NCBI GenBank assembly: GCA_017411805.1 | Contig: JAFQPI010000036.1 | Span: forward strand, 5,444-69,443 | Length of the DNA stretch: 64,000 bases | Direction of reading: 5' to 3' | From: Clostridia bacterium | Lineage (GTDB): Bacteria > Bacillota > Clostridia > Oscillospirales > CAG-272 | In this document: positions 1 through 9,367 of the stretch, piece by piece | Layout of the letters: every line of letters starts with the position of its first letter | Numbering within the stretch: the stretch's first letter is position 1 | The notes under the pieces: model-generated | Seen by the model: the letters and a program-made list of their open reading frames with translations, nothing else | What the model was told of the DNA's origin: nothing | The model's database searches: none | Translations under genes and position numbers: made by a program

Positions 1-2063
1 CTGATATTTACTTTACCGTTATAAGTTATAACAGCGCAATTATAGGGTGTTTCGGGAAGGGGACCTATGATAAAATCAAACCGGTCAACGTACCTCTTCA
101 TTTCTTCCGGCAAAGTTACAATACCGAGATTCGACATATCAAGGCATGCTTTTTTCTCACCGACCGCGTTATACACCATCTTCATGGCGATATTTTTGAT
201 AAACAGCGGCATGACTCTGAGGATCATTGCCTTTTCGCTGTTGACGTTTTTGGTCATTCGCGCAGTCATTTCCTTCTTTGTTATACCGTATCCCATCTGA
301 TGATATATCGTCTTGCAAACTTCGTCAAACTCCCATTTACCCAAGCGGGGATCGATTCCCGGAGTGATATAAAGAGAGAAATTGCGAAGAGTTTTGCTGC
401 CGTATATTTTTCTCAGATCAACGGGAAGAAGGATCTTTACAGGCTTTTGAGCGCGTCTCGGAAGCTGTCTGTTCTGTATTTCCGCAATTGCACAGATCAG
501 AGCCGAGGCAAGGAAAGCCGTAACCGTAACTCCGTGCTCTTTTGCCTTGGTGCGAAGCTCATCGGAATCAACGATCATCGTTGTAAGATTGATAAATCCG
601 TCCTTTTCGGGGATTCCCGAGAGGCGATAGGAATTCGGTTCAGAACGGCTTTTAGATACGTCTCCGCTATTCTTAAGGAAGCTGTCCTCAAGCTCTTCCG
701 GAGAAGGATCTTCGCTTCTGTCAAGTACACCGTCGGTAGTGGGGATCTTTATGCCGTATCTGCGTTCAAGATACTCAGCCACGAGCGACTTTAAAAATAT
801 CAATCCGCCGTTACCATCGGTCAAAGCATGATAGAACTCTATTGCCAAGCGATTATTATAAACAAGAATGCGAAGCGCACACTTGCGAATATCTTCGATC
901 GGCATATGCACAAGCGGAGAGTGCATTTCATCAACGATATCGGGGGCGCGGGAAAGTTCTTCAAGATAATACCAGAAGGTACCTCTTCTCAGCTTTGCGG
1001 CAATAGAGGGAAATCTATGAATCGTAGTATCAAGCGCAACTCGAAGGATATCACGATTGATAGGTTCGCTCAAGGTCGCCGAAAGGCGGAAGGTGTTGTT
1101 CCAATTCCTTCTCTTGGCGGCAGGATATATTTTGGCGGCATTATCGAGCTTCATCCAACGAAGCTTTCGTGGCAGCGGAACGACTCTGTCAATAAAAGCT
1201 TCCATTTCGATAAAGTCGGATTTATGCTCGTTGAGGCTGTAGATCGAATAAGCGTGCCACATATTCTCGCCGACGATCATTTTACATTCACGTCCTGCGT
1301 ATACAAGCTTACGCTCAAGGATCTGAGCATCATCAAAAAGGAGCTCGTCAGAACCGACAAAAATCAGTGACGGGGGCATAATCGTAACATCGGCAAAAAT
1401 CGGAGATATCTCGGGATTTTCGGGATCATTATTTCCGACGTAAGCATCGGCAAAAAACGCCAGTCGCTCTTGGGTAAGCGCGATATCCTTTGCGGCATGC
1501 ATCTTAATACTGTCACCGGAAAGAGTAAGATCTACCCAAGGAGAAATCGCAATTATACCGGACGGGAGTTCAATATCCATCTTCGAAAGCCTCAGACAAA
1601 GAGCATATGATAACCCTCCGCCCGCACTTTCTCCGCAAAGAATAATGGATTTTGGCGACAAACCGCACTCTAAAAGATACAAATACGCTTTAAAAGCGTC
1701 TTCGACAGCCGCGGGATATGGTGCCTCGGGTGCCAATCTGTATGCAGGTGCAAACACTCTCAGCCCGAGATTTTTTGCCAACGTCGAGCCAAAACCGATC
1801 GCAAAATCAATATTACCGCAGGTGTATCCTCCGCCGTGCAGATATAGGATCACGGCATCGCTTTTTCTTGCCTCGGGGTGTATCCACGCGCCTTCGAATG
1901 CGCCAAGGGATTTATATTCTACTTCAAGCGATCTTCCCGCAAGTCTTCTCATGAAGGATCCGGTATGATCCTGAGCAGAACGAAGCTGTTCGATAGAGTA
2001 ATTTTCAATTTTTGGAAAAATGATCTGTAACTGTTTTCGAACGAATTTCTCCGAGAATCCCAT
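1..2063 (-). CDS. alpha/beta hydrolase (hormone-sensitive-lipase type) fused to a C-terminal HxxxDG condensation/acyltransferase-like domain; 3' end runs off the window
   Basis: Absent from the ORF track because it has no stop in the window. The reverse frame is open from the ATG at 2063 (AGGAG about 8 nt upstream) to base 1, 687 codons. The N-terminal part has LYLHGGGY (oxyanion HGGG), GESAGG (nucleophile elbow) and MWHAY (His). After about aa 310 there is YHALTDGNGG (HxxxDG). Confidence 0.7.
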   Translation of the reverse strand, partial: MGFSEKFVRKQLQIIFPKIENYSIEQLRSAQDHTGSFMRRLAGRSLEVEYKSLGAFEGAWIHPEARKSDAVILYLHGGGYTCGNIDFAIGFGSTLAKNLGLRVFAPAYRLAPEAPYPAAVEDAFKAYLYLLECGLSPKSIILCGESAGGGLSYALCLRLSKMDIELPSGIIAISPWVDLTLSGDSIKMHAAKDIALTQERLAFFADAYVGNNDPENPEISPIFADVTIMPPSLIFVGSDELLFDDAQILERKLVYAGRECKMIVGENMWHAYSIYSLNEHKSDFIEMEAFIDRVVPLPRKLRWMKLDNAAKIYPAAKRRNWNNTFRLSATLSEPINRDILRVALDTTIHRFPSIAAKLRRGTFWYYLEELSRAPDIVDEMHSPLVHMPIEDIRKCALRILVYNNRLAIEFYHALTDGNGGLIFLKSLVAEYLERRYGIKIPTTDGVLDRSEDPSPEELEDSFLKNSGDVSKSRSEPNSYRLSGIPEKDGFINLTTMIVDSDELRTKAKEHGVTVTAFLASALICAIAEIQNRQLPRRAQKPVKILLPVDLRKIYGSKTLRNFSLYITPGIDPRLGKWEFDEVCKTIYHQMGYGITKKEMTARMTKNVNSEKAMILRVMPLFIKNIAMKMVYNAVGEKKACLDMSNLGIVTLPEEMKRYVDRFDFIIGPLPETPYNCAVITYNGKVNI

Positions 2064-2091
2064 TTTCTACTCCTATTACAAAGATACTTAT

Positions 2092-2120
2092 ATTATACAA
2101 AAAAAGAAACGGTCTGTCAA
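2092..2120 (-). promoter_or_regulatory. sigma-A-type promoter for the hydrolase-fusion gene (TTGACA-17-TATAAT)
   Basis: On the reverse strand, TTGACA is at 2120-2115 and TATAAT at 2097-2092, with a 17-nt spacer. The element lies about 30 nt upstream of the ATG at 2063. Confidence 0.6.
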
Positions 2121-2155
2121 GTATGCCCGAGGCAATTCAACAAACCGTTAAAATA

Positions 2156-3772
2156 TTATTTTCTCTTTTTTTGCAAAAATACCGCACAATCGGCAATGGG
2201 AAATAACAGCAAGAAGAGCCCACACGCGGACAGAAATACCGAATTGAGAATCCTTGAATCACCCGTAGGCTCATTGAGCTCAACGTCTCCTATTACCATA
2301 CCTTTAACAAGAGGCTCAAGGCTTTCGGTAACAACTCCGTCCTCGGTAATAATTGCAGAAATTCCCGTATTACCCGAACGGACAAGAGGAAGACCTGTTT
2401 CTATGGCACGCAGACGGCTTTGGTCACAATGCATATATACCGCCCGCGAATCCTCAAACCAAGAGTCATTGGTGGAAACACACAAAATATCAGCACCATC
2501 CGCAGACGACGAATAGGCAAGGGATTCATATATAGAATCAAAGCATATAAGACCGCCAAGCTTAATTTCCATGCCGTTACGCTCAATGGTAAACAGCTCA
2601 CTTCCATTACCGGCAACAAGATCCTCAGAGAGCATACCTATCTCGGCAAGCGGAGGAAATACCGTCATCACAAAGTCTCTCATGGGAACGTATTCGCCGA
2701 ACGGAACGAGGTGGCGTTTTATATATATCGTTTCGGAAAGCTCGCCGTTTGCGTCTATCAGCATCAAAATATTTCGCGGAGAGCCTTGCTCGTCTTCATC
2801 CAAAAAGCCGAACAGCAAATTTGTATCATAATCCTTGCATATGGAGGACAATTCCTTTAACTCTCGAGAATTGAGCGAAAGTAATGCAGTCTCCGACCAC
2901 ACGATAAGATCGACGTCTTCCTTTGCCGCTTCAAGCGTCAGCTTGCTGTGGATCTCAAAGCTCGTAAGCCTCTCGCCCGTGTCTTCCTCCCATTTCTCGC
3001 GCGAGCTGATATTGCCTTGTATAGCGGCAACGCGAACGGTATCGACTTCGCGATCCGGAATATTATACAGTATGATACCGAAAAGCAAATTTGACGCGAC
3101 AAGAGAAAGTGCGAGAATCGTTCTGAGCTTAAAGCTTCCCATGTATATAGCTTGCGCCAAAAGGAAGGACACCAGCACGATCAAAAACGTGACAAAATAC
3201 GATCCGAACACCGATGCCGGCAAGACCGTATAAGGCACCCCGTCGGTAAGCTGTCCGAGTGGCAGTCTGCTCCACGGCACGCCAAACCAAAACTGAGTTC
3301 TGATCCATTCGCTCAGCACGTATGAGCATGAAGCCGCAAACGGAATCAGCAGGCTGTACTTCTTTGCAAGACGCGATCTTGAAGCAAGCAGAGTGATCAG
3401 TCCCGCAACACCGCCAAACAGAGCAGCAAGAAGGGCAAGTCCGAATATCGCAACCACGACAACGCTCGCGGCGGCAAGTTTGGTCATACCCGTAAATTCA
3501 AGCGGATAAAAGCTGATAAACCAATGATAAACAATTACGTTTTGCGAATAGATCAGCCAGAATCCGCCAAAATAGGCAGCCTTCAGAGTGCATTTCTTTT
3601 CGAATGCGGCAAATATGGCAAGCGCAGCAGGAATAAAGCACAGCCATTCAATGATCGAGCCTATGACAGACGGAAAAGCCATACAAAATCCCGAAGCCAG
3701 TCCGCTAAAAGTAAGATATAGGAACTGCAATTTCTTAGTTTCGGGACGAAGCCAAAACTTAAGCGCCGTCAT
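2156..3772 (-). CDS. lnt: apolipoprotein N-acyltransferase (Lnt) homologue
   Basis: 538 aa. A multi-TM N-terminal half is followed by a CN-hydrolase domain with Lnt-like catalytic contexts: VWSETAL (Glu), YIKRHLVPFGEYVP (Lys), LICFDSIYE (Cys). Confidence 0.8.
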   Translation of the reverse strand: MTALKFWLRPETKKLQFLYLTFSGLASGFCMAFPSVIGSIIEWLCFIPAALAIFAAFEKKCTLKAAYFGGFWLIYSQNVIVYHWFISFYPLEFTGMTKLAAASVVVVAIFGLALLAALFGGVAGLITLLASRSRLAKKYSLLIPFAASCSYVLSEWIRTQFWFGVPWSRLPLGQLTDGVPYTVLPASVFGSYFVTFLIVLVSFLLAQAIYMGSFKLRTILALSLVASNLLFGIILYNIPDREVDTVRVAAIQGNISSREKWEEDTGERLTSFEIHSKLTLEAAKEDVDLIVWSETALLSLNSRELKELSSICKDYDTNLLFGFLDEDEQGSPRNILMLIDANGELSETIYIKRHLVPFGEYVPMRDFVMTVFPPLAEIGMLSEDLVAGNGSELFTIERNGMEIKLGGLICFDSIYESLAYSSSADGADILCVSTNDSWFEDSRAVYMHCDQSRLRAIETGLPLVRSGNTGISAIITEDGVVTESLEPLVKGMVIGDVELNEPTGDSRILNSVFLSACGLFLLLFPIADCAVFLQKKRK

Positions 3773-4740
3773 CGCTTGCCACCGTCAAAATCCGCGCAAA
3801 ACCAAACGCTGTCGCGGGGCAGACGATATTCCTTACCGGATAGGTAATCGAGCACGTCTCCACTCTTCTCAAAGTCAAATCTTAGCCTGTATGAATATAG
3901 AGCCTGATAATGATACCCCTTCTTCTTGTCGTCGCGGTTTATACCGTATTTACCGTCGCCGAGCAGGGGATGTCCGATATGAGAAAGGTGGGCACGGATC
4001 TGATGGGTCCTGCCTGTGAAAAGCTCAACCTCAAGCAGACTGCATCCGTTCTTGAACGCTTCAACGCGATATCCTGTTACGATCTCCCTCCACCCCGGCT
4101 TTTGAGTATCCGACACCTCAACCGTATTGGTCTTTTCATTTTTCTTCAAAAAGCCTTTGAGAACGTCTGCCTTTTTCGGCATACTACCATGAACGGCGCA
4201 GAGATAAAACTTACTGACCTGTCCCGATTTTATGCGATAATTCATATCACGCAGTGCCGCAGCGTTTTTTGCAGCAATTACGATACCGCCCGTGTTGCGA
4301 TCTATTCGATTACACAGTGCGGGAGCAAAGGATTGCTCGGAGCGGGGATCATATTCCCCCTTGCGATAAAGATAGCTCTGAAGATGCATAAGTAGGGTAT
4401 TATCTCTTCCCTCTTCATCTTCGTGAACGAGTACTCCGGGACGCTTATTCATCAAAATGATATTTTCGTCCTCATAAACAATATCGAGCTTCGGTTCTAT
4501 TCTGGCAATCGCTCCGATATCTTGCTCAGGAGAATCAAAAAACTCATCCCTGATAAATAGCTGAAGCTCGTCGCCCTCGGTCAACATCACCTCAGGCTGT
4601 GTTCGTGCACGATTGAGCTTGATCTTCTTTGTTCGTATATATTTATACATCAGTGACTTGGGAAGACCCTTGACAGCCTTTGTGAGAAACTTATCAAGCC
4701 TCTGTCCCGCATCATTCTTTTCTATTTTTATAATTCTCAT
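3769..4740 (-). CDS. RluA-family 23S rRNA/tRNA pseudouridine synthase with N-terminal S4 domain
   Basis: 323 aa. S4-like RLDKFL at the N-terminus, RIDRNTGG (catalytic Asp loop), and TGRTHQIRAHL. There is a 4-bp overlap with the downstream lnt start. Confidence 0.85.
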   Translation of the reverse strand: MRIIKIEKNDAGQRLDKFLTKAVKGLPKSLMYKYIRTKKIKLNRARTQPEVMLTEGDELQLFIRDEFFDSPEQDIGAIARIEPKLDIVYEDENIILMNKRPGVLVHEDEEGRDNTLLMHLQSYLYRKGEYDPRSEQSFAPALCNRIDRNTGGIVIAAKNAAALRDMNYRIKSGQVSKFYLCAVHGSMPKKADVLKGFLKKNEKTNTVEVSDTQKPGWREIVTGYRVEAFKNGCSLLEVELFTGRTHQIRAHLSHIGHPLLGDGKYGINRDDKKKGYHYQALYSYRLRFDFEKSGDVLDYLSGKEYRLPRDSVWFCADFDGGKR

Positions 4741-4743
4741 AAT

Positions 4744-4781
4744 TTACAAAGCGGGGCTGAGCGCAATAGCGGACCAGCCCC
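4744..4781 (-). terminator. hairpin downstream of upp (GGGGCTG...CAGCCCC followed by GCTTTG)
   Basis: A 7-bp GC stem is formed by 4753-4759 and 4775-4781, read on the reverse strand after the upp stop. The U-tract is weak. Confidence 0.5.
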
Positions 4782-4791
4782 ATAGTTGAAC

Positions 4792-5436
<645 letters not shown>

Positions 5437-5476
5437 TCATTTTTAATTTTAATGTCATTGGTTTTTAACTATAATA

Positions 5477-5505
5477 ATTATACTCCTATTTATGATATTT
5501 TTCAA
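5477..5505 (-). promoter_or_regulatory. sigma-A-type promoter for upp (TTGAAA-17-TATAAT)
   Basis: On the reverse strand, TTGAAA is at 5505-5500 and TATAAT at 5482-5477, with a 17-nt spacer. Confidence 0.55.
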
Positions 5506-5646
5506 GACAATTTTTCAATTATTTCGTCAAAATAATAAAAAGTCGATATTTTTTATAGTTTTTCGTGTTTTTTTACATACAAGATGTTTACTTTTGAAAA
5601 ACAAAATGATAAAATATAATGAAAAACATCGGAGGATGCCGCGTTT

Positions 5647-6957
5647 ATGAAAACCATCGGAATAATCACTCTCGGCTGCAAGGTAAATCAATATGAAAGC
5701 GAAGCTTTTGCCGAGGCATTGCGTGAGCGCGGATATGCTGTTCTCGACCCATCGAAAGAATGCGACGGCTATATCGTCAACACATGCACGGTGACTGCCG
5801 AGGCTGACAGAAAATCGAGACAGATGATCAGGCGTGCGGCAAGACTTAATCCATCTGCGCCAATAGTTGTTACCGGTTGTACCGCAGAATATTTTGCCAA
5901 AGAACTTTCATCAATCGCTGGAGTAATTGCCGTATGCGGTAATTCCAAGAAGCTTGACTGCGTTGATATTCTTGATAATTATTTTTTGAGAACAGAAGCG
6001 AAATATCCGGTAATAAGCGTACCCCCGATAGATGATGCGAAATTTGAGCCAATGCATCTGAGCGGTTTCCCCAGAACAAGAGTTTATATAAAGATCGAGG
6101 ACGGTTGTGAAAACAAATGCGCCTACTGCGCTATTCCCGGTGCACGCGGAAAAGTCAGATCTAAAGATCCTACCGACATATTGAGTGAAGTTTGCGGATT
6201 CATCTCTGCAGGATGCCGTGAGATAGTACTTACAGGCATCGAAACCGCTTCTTACGGAAAAGATCTCAAAGGTATCACACTCGGCAAGCTTTTGCGCGAC
6301 GTTGATGCCATCGCTTCAGATTGCAAGATAAGACTCGGCTCACTTGATCCCTCGTTATTCCGACAAAGCTTTGTCGATGAAATAAAGGACCTCAAGTCCT
6401 TGGCACCGCACTTTCACATTTCTCTTCAAAGCGGATCATCCTCGGTACTCGCCGCAATGCGCAGAAAGTATAATGCAGACGGCGCACGAGCCGCTATGAT
6501 AAGAATAAGAGAAGCCATTCCGGACGTAATGTTTACGACCGATATAATCGTCGGTTTCCCCGGTGAGAGTGAGGAAAATTTCCTTGAAACCGTTGAATTT
6601 GTCAAGGAAGCTGAATTCCTCGACGCGCATATATTCCCTTACTCGGAGCGCGAAGGCACGGAAGCCGCAACAATGATAAACAAAGTGCCGGTTGACATCA
6701 GACGCGCAAGAGCGGCTCAGCTCATCGATATACAAAACGCGGTTCGTGATAAGATTCTCGACCGTGAGATTACCCGACGCCCCATCAGAGAGGTTCTGTT
6801 TGAGACCTATTCACAAGGAATGGCTTCCGGACATACAGACTCATTTCTCGAGATATGCGTTGATTCCGAGAGAGATATGCACGGCGAGCTCCACCGTGTC
6901 TGTATCACACATCATTCAAACGGAATTTGTTATGGCAAATTATGTGAGGACAAGTAA
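5647..6957 (+). CDS. mtaB: MiaB-like radical-SAM tRNA methylthiotransferase (MtaB-type)
   Basis: 436 aa. UPF0004 N-domain (GCKVNQYES), radical-SAM CENKCAYC (CxxxCxxC), and a TRAM-like C-terminus. The MtaB assignment over MiaB/RimO rests on length and architecture only. Confidence 0.75.
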   Translation: MKTIGIITLGCKVNQYESEAFAEALRERGYAVLDPSKECDGYIVNTCTVTAEADRKSRQMIRRAARLNPSAPIVVTGCTAEYFAKELSSIAGVIAVCGNSKKLDCVDILDNYFLRTEAKYPVISVPPIDDAKFEPMHLSGFPRTRVYIKIEDGCENKCAYCAIPGARGKVRSKDPTDILSEVCGFISAGCREIVLTGIETASYGKDLKGITLGKLLRDVDAIASDCKIRLGSLDPSLFRQSFVDEIKDLKSLAPHFHISLQSGSSSVLAAMRRKYNADGARAAMIRIREAIPDVMFTTDIIVGFPGESEENFLETVEFVKEAEFLDAHIFPYSEREGTEAATMINKVPVDIRRARAAQLIDIQNAVRDKILDREITRRPIREVLFETYSQGMASGHTDSFLEICVDSERDMHGELHRVCITHHSNGICYGKLCEDK

Positions 6958-8264
6958 TGAACAATACAATAAATGAAGCAATTGATTCTGTACCGACTCC
7001 CGCAAGAAAAAACGGAATAGTAGCGGATTTCCGAATATGCTCGGATAATTATCTTTCGCTGATCTCCGAGGATCTTGGACTTGGTGCAACTGCCGATCAA
7101 ATGAAAATACTGCAAAACGCTTTCAAATCTCTTAACCGCGATCCCTCTGTATCAGAACTGTATTTTTCTTACGCCGCACTATTGCGTTCGCAAAAGAATG
7201 CCGCAGAAGAGATCGGAATGAGCCATGCCGAAAACTGCACGGATGCGATGACCGAGCTGCTTGAGGCATTTATACGAAGATATTTGAGAGCCTGCGGAAC
7301 CGAAGTTGAATATCCGCCTCTCGTGAAGCTCGCTGAATTTGCCGCAACAGGTAAAATGACACAAGACCTCTGCGGAATATGCGTTTGCGAAACTAATGAG
7401 CTTATGTCTCCTGACGTTTACAGCGGCAGACTCGAACGCGTCACGGCAGGAGAATTCACTGTCGCTTTCTCCGGCGGCAAACATATCTCGGGAAACACCT
7501 CGGGCGACGTATGCGTTCTGATTTCTCCGAAGCCCGGGGATGATATTGATACATTTATCAAAAACGTTCAGGATATCTGCAAAAGGTATTTGAGCGAATA
7601 TCCGCAAACAAAAATTTTTCCCGCTTCGGCAAGAAGCCTGCTTGACGATCTCTTTGACGTTCCCGAAGGTTGGCTCATTGATACTTCTCTATATCCCATG
7701 CCGTCACAATTCGCAGAATCAGTATTCTTGACGTTCAATCCGTCGATGATTCTTCTTCCCTCGAGAACGAATCTGCAGAGGCTTTGGGAAATTGCTTTCG
7801 AATACGGCATAACGCCGCACGCTCCGGCTGCAACGAGGGCAAAAACGATATCTGTCAAAGCCTCCGGGGGATCTGTTGAATTTGACAAAAGCTTCTTTGA
7901 GCTCATCAAGCCCGCGTCAGCATTTCCGATACGTCATATTGATAACGCTTATATCGAGGATGTGGGCGATGTTGCTATCAACGAAAGCTTCAGCGAATAC
8001 ATACTATCAGTTTCTCCTCATACCCTGACCGCACGCAAGGTAGGCGGATGCAATCTCTACGAGGACCTTTCGGATGCAATGAAAGATACCGAAGCCACAT
8101 ACGCGATCATCGGAACCATTGATCCGCAAGACGGATGCTTCCTCAGCTCAGTACTTACTATTGACAGCTTTAGACGTAATAACTCGCCGCGTATCGTTTA
8201 TTCCCGCTTTTTCATCAGCAACCACAGCACGATAACGGTACTCAAACTAAAATGCGAAAAATAA
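6957..8264 (+). CDS. hypothetical protein; N-terminal segment resembles the PurL (FGAM synthase) linker motif
   Basis: 435-aa ORF whose start is coupled to the mtaB stop (TAATG overlap). EDLGLGATADQMKILQNAFKSLNRDPSVSELYF resembles the B. subtilis-type PurL N-terminus (..GL..de...i...lGR.Pn.tEl..f), but the following WSEHC motif is absent. Confidence 0.55.
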   Translation: MNNTINEAIDSVPTPARKNGIVADFRICSDNYLSLISEDLGLGATADQMKILQNAFKSLNRDPSVSELYFSYAALLRSQKNAAEEIGMSHAENCTDAMTELLEAFIRRYLRACGTEVEYPPLVKLAEFAATGKMTQDLCGICVCETNELMSPDVYSGRLERVTAGEFTVAFSGGKHISGNTSGDVCVLISPKPGDDIDTFIKNVQDICKRYLSEYPQTKIFPASARSLLDDLFDVPEGWLIDTSLYPMPSQFAESVFLTFNPSMILLPSRTNLQRLWEIAFEYGITPHAPAATRAKTISVKASGGSVEFDKSFFELIKPASAFPIRHIDNAYIEDVGDVAINESFSEYILSVSPHTLTARKVGGCNLYEDLSDAMKDTEATYAIIGTIDPQDGCFLSSVLTIDSFRRNNSPRIVYSRFFISNHSTITVLKLKCEK

Positions 8265-8307
8265 TCCGAAAAAACTTTATTTTTTCAAAAAAATATTTCA
8301 AAAACTA

Positions 8308-8336
8308 TTGCATTTTTCAGAGTTTTGTGGTATAAT
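8308..8336 (+). promoter_or_regulatory. sigma-A-type promoter for rpmB (TTGCAT-17-TGgTATAAT)
   Basis: -35 TTGCAT at 8308-8313 and -10 TATAAT at 8331-8336, preceded by TGg (extended -10). Confidence 0.65.
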
Positions 8337-8386
8337 ATCGGGTGTTGTATGTAATTTGGCTTAATTGTCCTAAGGAGGTGCTTATA

Positions 8387-8575
8387 ATGGCAAAATGCAG
8401 TGTATGCGGCAAGGGCGTTGTCTTCGGTCATCAGGTTTCTCACTCTAACCGCAAGACCAACAGAGCTTGGAAGCCTAATATCCGTAAGGTAAAGGTTAGC
8501 GTTGACGGAACAGTTAAGACCGTTCCTATGTGTGCTCGTTGTCTCCGCACTATGAAAAAGGCTGAAAACGCCTAA
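8387..8575 (+). CDS. rpmB: 50S ribosomal protein L28
   Basis: MAKCSVCGKGVVFGHQVSHSNRKTNRAWKPNIRKV... is a typical L28. The ATG at 8387 follows AAGGAGG. The track ORF start at 8342 adds a spurious 15 aa. Confidence 0.95.
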   Translation: MAKCSVCGKGVVFGHQVSHSNRKTNRAWKPNIRKVKVSVDGTVKTVPMCARCLRTMKKAENA

Positions 8576-8586
8576 TTCAATTAATG

Positions 8587-8616
8587 AAAAACAGCCACCT
8601 GTGGCTGTTTTTCTGT
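8587..8616 (+). terminator. rho-independent terminator of rpmB
   Basis: ACAGCCAC (8591-8598) pairs with GTGGCTGT (8601-8608), followed by TTTTT. Confidence 0.75.
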
Positions 8617-8629
8617 TTATTGGTGAAAT

Positions 8630-9337
8630 ATGATTTGTGTTTGTGATATCAGAACTCCGCGGTCTGTTCTTGATCAACTAAAGGAGCGCGGATTTGAAAT
8701 TATTCATTTGCCCCCGGATACTTCCCTGCCCCATCCCGTATGCGGACACAGCGATCTTTTGGTTTTCATAATCTACGGCTATCTGCTTACGCGGGAAGAT
8801 TATTATCATCAAGCATATGTCGAGATCGACAGATTATGCAAAAAAGCAAGGCTTAAGCGAATGATCACTACGGAGAAAGCAGGGGCAAAGTATCCGCTTG
8901 ACTGCGGACTTTGCGCGGCAATATCGGGAAGAAATATATTATACTGCGAAAAAAGCGCGGACAGAAAATTACTACGGATGGGAACAGCTTACGGTTATGC
9001 TTTGTTGAGCGTACCTCAAGGTTACACCAAATGCTCCTGCGCAATTCTTGCGGATGGCGCAATAATTACTTCGGACGAAGGAATTGCAAACATAACAAGA
9101 AAAGCGGGTATTGATACTTTGATCATTTCCGCAGGTCACGTCGATCTTCCCGGTTACGATTACGGCTTCATAGGCGGTGCTTCGGGACTCTGCGGCAACA
9201 CCTTGTATTTTGCCGGTCGGATCGAAGATCATCCCAATTATGAGACGATCAGGGAATTTTCACGGAAGCACGGAACTGAACTCGTCTCGCTTGGAAAGGG
9301 AAAGCTTTACGATGTCGGAAGCCTATTTTTCATATAA
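8630..9337 (+). CDS. hypothetical protein (possibly a guanidino-group-modifying-enzyme/amidinotransferase-fold DUF)
   Basis: 235-aa ORF with no strong motif I can name. The fold suggestion rests only on a remembered family resemblance (HSDLLVF, GFIGGASG, LYDVGS). Confidence 0.5.
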   Translation: MICVCDIRTPRSVLDQLKERGFEIIHLPPDTSLPHPVCGHSDLLVFIIYGYLLTREDYYHQAYVEIDRLCKKARLKRMITTEKAGAKYPLDCGLCAAISGRNILYCEKSADRKLLRMGTAYGYALLSVPQGYTKCSCAILADGAIITSDEGIANITRKAGIDTLIISAGHVDLPGYDYGFIGGASGLCGNTLYFAGRIEDHPNYETIREFSRKHGTELVSLGKGKLYDVGSLFFI

Positions 9338-9367
9338 AAAGATGACTCAAAGCGAGTCATCTTTTTT
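9336..9367. terminator. bidirectional terminator shared by convergent genes
   Basis: AAAAAGATGACTC (9336-9348), AAAGC loop, GAGTCATCTTTTT (9354-9366). The stop codons of both convergent genes lie inside the hairpin. Confidence 0.75.

Noticed and set aside
8342-8386. N-terminal extension of rpmB (track start at 8342), and the analogous extended starts at 21994, 51135, 58558, 62180, 43295, 47043 and 48251
   Set aside because: In each case an internal ATG is preceded by a GGAGG-type RBS at proper spacing and gives the family-typical N-terminus. Several of the upstream starts fall inside promoter hexamers or the preceding gene.
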